Assembly (NCBI GenBank): GCA_030262725.1
Contig: JAJSZS010000003.1
Location: 1-64,000, forward strand
Source of the DNA: Candidatus Desulfofervidus auxilii
Lineage (GTDB): Bacteria > Desulfobacterota > Desulfofervidia > Desulfofervidales > Desulfofervidaceae
DNA: 64,000 nucleotides
Reading direction: 5' to 3'
Numbering within the stretch: the first letter of the stretch is position 1; each line of letters begins with the position of its first letter. The position numbers and the translations under genes are program-made. Under the pieces are notes generated by a model, which saw nothing but the letters and a program-made list of their open reading frames with translations, made no database searches and had not been told where the DNA came from. Shown here piece by piece: positions 57,838-64,000 of this stretch.

Positions 57838-58957
57838 AAATTACTCTACTTCCAGCCATCTCTGCTGGTATAAAAGAAAGTCCTGCTGCTTTTAATTTCT
57901 TTTTCATAACACGTCTTACAGAAGTAGGATCTGCTTCACTAAAAACCTCTATTTCTATATAATTACCTGTTTGACGAGCAATCCTATATCTCCAACCAAT
58001 TTCATCTAAAAGATTTTCAATCCTATCTTGATCATTTGGAGAAACATTTCTGAATATAAGTACAACAAACTTAGCTCTCATAGTACTAAAGCGATCAACT
58101 ATCTTTCTTACAAGATTATCCACACAGCGAGGTCCTACTTTAAGAGCAATTCTTGCTACACCATCTTGAATTCCATAATCCCCACCACGAGTAATAGTTT
58201 TGTTTCTATCCTGAACATTGGCAAACAATTCACCAGTAGTAACATCATAGGCTTTAAGACTAAGTGTAGCCATAACAAGATAATATCCATCAGAGGTAGG
58301 TCTCATACCTGCATCAAAACTTACTAATACTACTGCATCTCCAGCCTCTTGACGAGCAACTTCAATAGCTGTCTCCTCATCTATAATCATCTCCGCTGCC
58401 CTTCCTCTAATCCGCCTAAGCTCACTAGGCAAAAATACACGAAAACCATATTCAGCCAATTTATCTTCAATTAAATCAATAACTGTTTGTACTGCCTTTG
58501 AATTTTCTGGTAAATCAAGACCTGTTCGCGGCATATAAATTACTACTACTCGCCTTTCCTCAAACTGTGTCTCCTGAAATGCCCTTTTAAAACGAGGATC
58601 TTTTCTAAATTCTTCTAATGCATTTTTCAATTTATAATCATCAATAAGCACTGAAAGTTTTACTTTATATGTATCAGTAATGGGGTCTTTCCCCTCTGCC
58701 AAGACCTTATAATTTCTTACATAACCTGCACTGGCTGAAACTATCCTATCATAGATTAACCTTCCTTGACCGATTTCTGTTTGGGATTTTATATATGTCC
58801 CAAGCGCTTTTTCAATTGCTACTCTAATACCATTATTAATAGCTTCCTGGCGAGTATGTCCTTCTCCTATAGCAGTCACTTCAATTGCCAAACTAAAGCT
58901 AGTTAGAAATAACATTAGACAAAGAGTTAAACTTGCTACAATAATGCTCTTCCTCAT
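57812..58957 (-). CDS. LPP20-like / uncharacterised secreted protein (partner of the CsgG-like gene)
   Basis: Signal peptide. IEVTAIGEGHTRQEAINNGIRVAIEKALGTYIKS resembles LPP20. Confidence 0.45.
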   Translation of the reverse strand: MRKSIIVASLTLCLMLFLTSFSLAIEVTAIGEGHTRQEAINNGIRVAIEKALGTYIKSQTEIGQGRLIYDRIVSASAGYVRNYKVLAEGKDPITDTYKVKLSVLIDDYKLKNALEEFRKDPRFKRAFQETQFEERRVVVIYMPRTGLDLPENSKAVQTVIDLIEDKLAEYGFRVFLPSELRRIRGRAAEMIIDEETAIEVARQEAGDAVVLVSFDAGMRPTSDGYYLVMATLSLKAYDVTTGELFANVQDRNKTITRGGDYGIQDGVARIALKVGPRCVDNLVRKIVDRFSTMRAKFVVLIFRNVSPNDQDRIENLLDEIGWRYRIARQTGNYIEIEVFSEADPTSVRRVMKKKLKAAGLSFIPAEMAGSRVIFDGNYTGY

Positions 58958-59171
58958 AAAATGCCTCCTAATTAAGTGATTTTTAAAGGTTCTTATACCA
59001 TCACAGCCATTATAAAGTCAAGAATTTTTCCCAAAATCCGCCATTGATTTTTTGTTAAAAGAAGACATTTGGGCTTTGGGCAAAATAGCTCTTTACTTTA
59101 GATTTGTGAGTGATTTTTAAAATTGCTTTGGGATGCTTGTTTTTTCTGTATAATTGTGATAAATTTTTATA

Positions 59172-59828
59172 GTGAGATTTGTTATCTATTTTCTCATTAT
59201 TTTATGGCTTTTAGGATGTGGGCCACGTACTAAGATTGCCTGTTTTAAAGATTCTTCTTATCTGTTTAATAAAGCCAAAAAAAATATATTAATTACTATA
59301 GTAAATTATGACAATTGGCAGACAAAAGGTAATGAGGTTTTGGTTTCTAATATTGCAAATGCTGTTAAAGTAGAGTTATTAAAAGCAGGATATAATGTAT
59401 ATACATTAGATGTTAAGCATAAAAATAAAAAAAATTTCAAGGAGTTTTTAAAAGACTATCTGGCTAAAAATTCTATTGATTTTCACTTAGTAATAACTTT
59501 AGAACCCACAGAGCAGGAAAGAAAATTTATTCCTCCTTCTACTTATGTAAGTTATGAATTTATGATCGCAAATGTCTATGATAGATATGGGAGAATAAAA
59601 AGCTATTACTGGCAATTGCCTGTATTGAGAACGAGAGGAGCTCAACTTTATACATATCATATAGTGACCATAGATTTAGCCCTTTATGATGTTAGATTAA
59701 AAAAACAAATTTGGTTGGGGAAAGCTAGGACAAAAGGTCGTTCTGATGATGCAGAAAAATTTTATCTTAAACCTGCTATTAAACTTGTGCAAAAGCTTAT
59801 AAATGAATTTACTCAAAATTCTCATTAA
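59172..59828 (+). CDS. Small lipoprotein of unknown function
   Basis: LLGCG lipobox. 218 aa. Confidence 0.5.
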   Translation: MRFVIYFLIILWLLGCGPRTKIACFKDSSYLFNKAKKNILITIVNYDNWQTKGNEVLVSNIANAVKVELLKAGYNVYTLDVKHKNKKNFKEFLKDYLAKNSIDFHLVITLEPTEQERKFIPPSTYVSYEFMIANVYDRYGRIKSYYWQLPVLRTRGAQLYTYHIVTIDLALYDVRLKKQIWLGKARTKGRSDDAEKFYLKPAIKLVQKLINEFTQNSH

Positions 59829-60988
59829 GATGATTTTCTATTGATCCATTCCTTTGCTTTTTTTCTAGCCCATTGGTCTACTATAAATATTTCCTCTATT
59901 TCTTTTACTGTTGTTGGTATATGAGCATTCATTACAGTTTCAATTAATTCTGGAATTTCAAGAAATTTTATCTTTTTTTTCAAAAATGCCTCTACTGCTA
60001 TTTCATTTGCAGCATTGAGCACAATAGGCATACTTTTTCCGATTTTAGCTGCAATAAGAGCAAGTTTTAAACAACGAAATTTTTCTAAATCAAAAGGAAA
60101 AAATGAGAGGGTTAAATTAGTTAAATCAAGTGGGGTAAAAGGCAAAGGAAATCTTTCTGGAAAATTTAAGGCATAGGCAATAGGAATTCGCATATCAGGC
60201 TGGCTTAATTGTGCAAATATTACACCATCATGAAATTCTACTAATGAATGAATAATGCTTTGAGGATGAATAACAATTCCTATTTTTTCTAAATCTAAAT
60301 CAAATAGCCACATAGCTTCAATTACTTCCAATCCTTTGTTCATTAAGGTAGCTGAATCAACACTTATCTTTGCTCCCATAGTCCAGCGTGGATGATTTAT
60401 AGCTTGTTCTGGTGTAACATCTTTTAATAAAGAAAAATCCTTTTGCCAAAAAGGCCCACCAGAGGCAGTTAAAATAATGCGTTTTAATGTTTTTTTATCT
60501 CTTTCTAAAAGAAGCTGAAATATAGCACTGTGTTCACTATCTATAGGTAATAATTGATTTTCATATTTTATGCTTTTTTTAATAATATTTCCACCAGTTA
60601 CCAAAGCTTCTTTATTTGCTAGGGCTACAGTTTTTTTAGCTTTTAAGGCAGCTAAAGTTGGTTTTAAGCCATTTATACCTACCATTGCTGAGACTACTAA
60701 ATCAGCATTTGGATAACTTGCTATCTCTTGATAACCCTCTTCTCCCCAAAGGATTTTTGTTTTTGTTAAAAGTGCCTCTTTTAATGCCTGAGCATATTCT
60801 TTATTAATAACACAGACTACTTCTGGCTGAAATCTTTCAATTTGTTCTTTTAATAAACTGATATTTTTGCCAGCTGCTAATCCAACAATTTTAAACTTTT
60901 TAGGAAATATAGAAACTACTTCTAAAGTCTGCCGACCAATAGAACCTGTAGAACCTAAAATAACTAAATTTTTCATTTGAGCCACCAT
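59825..60988 (-). CDS. dxr: 1-deoxy-D-xylulose 5-phosphate reductoisomerase
   Basis: LVILGSTGSIGRQTLEV N-terminal NADPH motif. Confidence 0.9.
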   Translation of the reverse strand: MVAQMKNLVILGSTGSIGRQTLEVVSIFPKKFKIVGLAAGKNISLLKEQIERFQPEVVCVINKEYAQALKEALLTKTKILWGEEGYQEIASYPNADLVVSAMVGINGLKPTLAALKAKKTVALANKEALVTGGNIIKKSIKYENQLLPIDSEHSAIFQLLLERDKKTLKRIILTASGGPFWQKDFSLLKDVTPEQAINHPRWTMGAKISVDSATLMNKGLEVIEAMWLFDLDLEKIGIVIHPQSIIHSLVEFHDGVIFAQLSQPDMRIPIAYALNFPERFPLPFTPLDLTNLTLSFFPFDLEKFRCLKLALIAAKIGKSMPIVLNAANEIAVEAFLKKKIKFLEIPELIETVMNAHIPTTVKEIEEIFIVDQWARKKAKEWINRKSS

Positions 60989-61764
60989 GATAAGAAATAA
61001 TAGCTTACTGGTAAAGCAAACAAAACTCCATCAATTCTGTCAAGCATTCCACCATGTCCAGGTAAAATTTTTCCACTATCCTTACAACCAGCTTGGCGTT
61101 TAAGTGCGGATTCAAAAAAATCTCCAATTTGCTCAAAAATAGCAATAATAAAGCTTAAAAACAGAATTTTTAAAGTATTTAAAGGCAGAAAAAAAGAGGC
61201 AATTATTCCTAAAATAAAAGCACTACCAATACATCCTATAAGCCCTTCCCAAGATTTTTTAGGACTAACAGCTGGATAAATTTTATGCTTTCCAAATTTA
61301 CGCCCCATATAAAATGCTCCAGTATCAGCAGCAAAGACAATAAAAAGTATCCAAAGGAGGAATTTTCTACCTTGAGGAAGTGTTAAAAAAGAAAAAGCAT
61401 GTCCTAAAAGTAAATTGGGATATATAATTGAGAATATTCCTATTGTAAAAAATGATGAAATTTCAGATTTATGACCATAAGTCCAAATAAAATAAATAGT
61501 AAGAATAAAAAAAGCCATAAGTAAACTTAATATAGGAGAAGAAAAGGCAAATCCTAAAAGAACAATCAAACTAAGAAGGGTATAAAAAAAAGAAAAATTT
61601 TTATTTGGAAGATGCCATAAATTAACTTGTTCAAGAGATGCTATAAAGCCTACAAAAAAAATAAATATAAAAAAAAGAAAAAATGGTGAAAAAACTATTA
61701 GCCAAATAATTAAAGGTAAAGTAATGACAGCAGTAAGAATACGCTGCTTATGAGCCTTTTCCAT
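60973..61764 (-). CDS. cdsA: Phosphatidate cytidylyltransferase
   Basis: Multi-transmembrane protein with C-terminal KDSGKILPGHGGMLDRIDG. Confidence 0.9.
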   Translation of the reverse strand: MEKAHKQRILTAVITLPLIIWLIVFSPFFLFFIFIFFVGFIASLEQVNLWHLPNKNFSFFYTLLSLIVLLGFAFSSPILSLLMAFFILTIYFIWTYGHKSEISSFFTIGIFSIIYPNLLLGHAFSFLTLPQGRKFLLWILFIVFAADTGAFYMGRKFGKHKIYPAVSPKKSWEGLIGCIGSAFILGIIASFFLPLNTLKILFLSFIIAIFEQIGDFFESALKRQAGCKDSGKILPGHGGMLDRIDGVLFALPVSYYFLSWWLK

Positions 61765-62494
61765 TTTTTAATTGTTCAGAGATTTTCCCAAAGCGACGTT
61801 CTCTATTCTGATAATCCTTTAAGGCTTCAATAAATTCTGCTTTATGAAAATCTGGCCATAAAATTGGGGTAAAATAAAATTCAGCATAAGCACATTGCCA
61901 AAGTAAAAAATTGCTTATTCTTATCTCTCCTCCAGTGCGTATAATAAGGTCAGGGTCAGGCAAGCCTTTTGTCCAAAGAAATTTGCTAAATAAATCTATA
62001 TTTATATCCTCTATTTTTATTTTATTCTGTTTTATTTTTTCTATCAAATTACGTACAGCATAAATTATTTCCTGTCTACCTCCATAACTTATAGCCAAAT
62101 TGAAGATCATACTTTGACAATGTATAGTATCTTTTATAACACTTTGTAAAGTTTCATAAGTAGTTTTAGGAAGGAGACTTAAATCACCGATAGCCTGAAG
62201 ACGTATATCTTCTTTAATTAGATTTTTCCGTTCCTCTTTTAAATAATCTTCAAGCAAATGCATTAAAAATTTTACTTCTTCTTGAGGTCTTTGCCAATTT
62301 TCATAAGAAAAAGTATAAAGTGTAAGTATTTTTATGCCTAATTCTCTAGCTGTTTCTACTATTTCTCTTGCCCTTTTTGCCCCTTCTTGATGACCAACTA
62401 TACGTGGAAGTCCTCTCCTTTTTGCCCAGCGTCCATTACCATCCATAATAATGGCTACATGAACAGGCAATTTATTTAGTTTTATATCTTTCAT
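61748..62494 (-). CDS. uppS: Undecaprenyl diphosphate synthase
   Basis: HVAIIMDGNGRWA and ISYGGRQE motifs. Confidence 0.95.
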   Translation of the reverse strand: MKDIKLNKLPVHVAIIMDGNGRWAKRRGLPRIVGHQEGAKRAREIVETARELGIKILTLYTFSYENWQRPQEEVKFLMHLLEDYLKEERKNLIKEDIRLQAIGDLSLLPKTTYETLQSVIKDTIHCQSMIFNLAISYGGRQEIIYAVRNLIEKIKQNKIKIEDINIDLFSKFLWTKGLPDPDLIIRTGGEIRISNFLLWQCAYAEFYFTPILWPDFHKAEFIEALKDYQNRERRFGKISEQLKNGKGS

Positions 62495-63185
62495 AATTTT
62501 TAACCACTATTTCTCTAACTAAATTAGCTAATTTATTTTTTTCTTTTTCTGCATATTTAGAAACATCAATTGGTCTATCAATTATAATCGTCACATTTCC
62601 TGGTCTAATCCGACGACCTGATTTAGGTAGAATAGAAAATGTGCCAATAATACTAACTGGTACAATAGGTACTTTAGCTCGTAATGCTAACACAAAACCA
62701 CCACTTTTAAAAGACCTAATATTTCCATCAAGACTTCTTGTACCTTCTGGAAAGATAATGATTGAAAAACCTTGTTTTATAATTTCTAAAGCTTTTAAAA
62801 TTGCTTGATAAGCTGCTTTTGGATTTTCTCTTTCTACTGGAATATATCCACAAGCCTTCATTCCCCATCCTACTAAAGGAATATAAAAAAGGCTCTTTTT
62901 TGCCATCCATTTAAATTGGATAGGAAGATGAGCTAATAATGTAAAAATGTCATATTGACTTTGATGATTAGCAGCAAAGACATAAGGTCTTTTTAAATCA
63001 ATATTTTCTAATCCTAAGATTTTTACTTTTACTCCACTTACCCAAAGTATGGTTTTTGCCCAATAACGGGCTAAAATGTGTGGTATGTGTTTTGTATAGG
63101 GGATAAGACTTGTAATTAAGGCAAGAGGATAAAAGAAAAAGCTAATTATAGCTATCCAAATAAAAACTAAAAAAAATCTTAACAT
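62472..63185 (-). CDS. plsC: 1-acyl-sn-glycerol-3-phosphate acyltransferase
   Basis: NHQSQYD (HX4D) and FPEGTRS motifs. Confidence 0.85.
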   Translation of the reverse strand: MLRFFLVFIWIAIISFFFYPLALITSLIPYTKHIPHILARYWAKTILWVSGVKVKILGLENIDLKRPYVFAANHQSQYDIFTLLAHLPIQFKWMAKKSLFYIPLVGWGMKACGYIPVERENPKAAYQAILKALEIIKQGFSIIIFPEGTRSLDGNIRSFKSGGFVLALRAKVPIVPVSIIGTFSILPKSGRRIRPGNVTIIIDRPIDVSKYAEKEKNKLANLVREIVVKNYERYKTK

Positions 63186-63188
63186 AAA

Positions 63189-63584
63189 TTAACCTTCAAT
63201 GCATTTAACAAAGACTTTACGTGAACGTGGGCCATCAAATTCAGCAAAGAATATACCTTGCCATGTGCCCAATACTAAATGACCATTTTCAATGATTACT
63301 AAAACAGAAGAACCAATAATACTGGCTTTTATATGTGCAGGTGAATTGCCTTCTAAATGTTTATAATTTGCTTGCCAAGGAACAATCTGATTTAAAATAT
63401 TTAAAATGTCTTCTGCTACACTTGGATCAGCATTTTCATTGATTGTTACTCCTGCTGTAGTGTGTGGGACATAAACAATACATAAGCCATTTTTTATTCC
63501 AATTCGTCTAATTACTTCAGCTACTTTATTAGTAATATCAATAAATTGTGTTCTTTTTGTTGTATTTAAAGAAATTATCTCCAT
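63189..63584 (-). CDS. yjbQ: YjbQ/UPF0047 family protein
   Basis: 131 aa. ITNKV...CIVYVPHTTAGVTINENADP pattern. Confidence 0.75.
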   Translation of the reverse strand: MEIISLNTTKRTQFIDITNKVAEVIRRIGIKNGLCIVYVPHTTAGVTINENADPSVAEDILNILNQIVPWQANYKHLEGNSPAHIKASIIGSSVLVIIENGHLVLGTWQGIFFAEFDGPRSRKVFVKCIEG

Positions 63585-63673
63585 TTTTTACCTCCATTTT
63601 TGATGAGTTTTTTAGCAAAAAAATTTAATTAATACAAGTTGACATAAAAGAAAAGTCAGAATAAAAGGAAGAT

Positions 63674-64000
63674 ATGAAAAAGATAACTCTTTTAGATTTA
63701 AAGACAAAAAAAGAAAAGAAAGAAAAGATTACTATGCTTACTGCTTATGATTATCCTTTAGCTCGATTGGTAGATGAAGTGGGAATAGATACTATTTTAG
63801 TTGGTGATTCTTTAGGTATGGTAGTACTTGGATATGAAAATACTTTACCCGTAACTATGACAGAGATGCTTCATCATATAAAGGCTGTAAAAAGAGGAGT
63901 GAAAAGGGCATTTTTAATCGGTGATTTGCCATTTATGTCTTATCAAGCCTCTATAAAAGAGGCAGTGAAAAATGCAGGTAGATTTATGAAAGCTGGTTGT
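63674..64000 (+). CDS. panB: 3-methyl-2-oxobutanoate hydroxymethyltransferase, partial (N-terminus only)
   Basis: [45 protein letters not shown]. Confidence 0.9.
   Translation, partial: MKKITLLDLKTKKEKKEKITMLTAYDYPLARLVDEVGIDTILVGDSLGMVVLGYENTLPVTMTEMLHHIKAVKRGVKRAFLIGDLPFMSYQASIKEAVKNAGRFMKAGC

Overview
This is an AT-rich (roughly 30-35% GC by eye) bacterial chromosomal segment. The proteins are Lys/Glu/Ile-rich, which suggests a thermophile. The left third (945-18630, mostly minus strand) is a type III-A (Csm) CRISPR-Cas locus. Its gene order is CARF-wHTH, cas10 (HD and GGDD motifs both intact), csm2, csm3, csm4, csm5, an AlbA_2/Schlafen-like gene, a second CARF gene frameshifted in a T8 tract, and an uncharacterised TPR-domain protein. 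The TPR gene is translationally coupled to cas1, two tandem divergent cas2 genes, and sbcD-sbcC. A plus-strand CRISPR array of 8 repeats plus one degenerate repeat (36-bp repeat, 36-47 bp spacers) lies at 17956-18630. No cas6 and no HEPN or nuclease CARF effector is visible. To the right of the array is a small accessory islet. It holds a class III nucleotidyl cyclase-NUDIX fusion, DUF433 remnants, two orphan degenerate CRISPR repeats, a Phd/YefM-PIN toxin-antitoxin pair, and an SPFH/zinc-ribbon gene pair. Next come a Mo/W-type ABC importer whose ATPase gene is truncated after the Walker A motif, then ruvCAB-yebC-rlmE-ppiD. After that is an unusual two-gene cassette: a HExxH+vWA protein and a HEAT-repeat protein with two tandem AAA_5 (MoxR/dynein/midasin-like) ATPase domains. 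The remainder is a methyltransferase, a transposase remnant beside tRNA-Ala(CGC), hisB-hisA-purM-rpmB, relA/spoT-proS-ispG, pcm, a large PAS/GAF hybrid sensor kinase, a SpoIID-like gene, a CsgG/LPP20/TPR lipoprotein cluster, dxr-cdsA-uppS-plsC-yjbQ and the start of panB. All calls are from reading the sequence and ORF translations by eye. No database searches were run.
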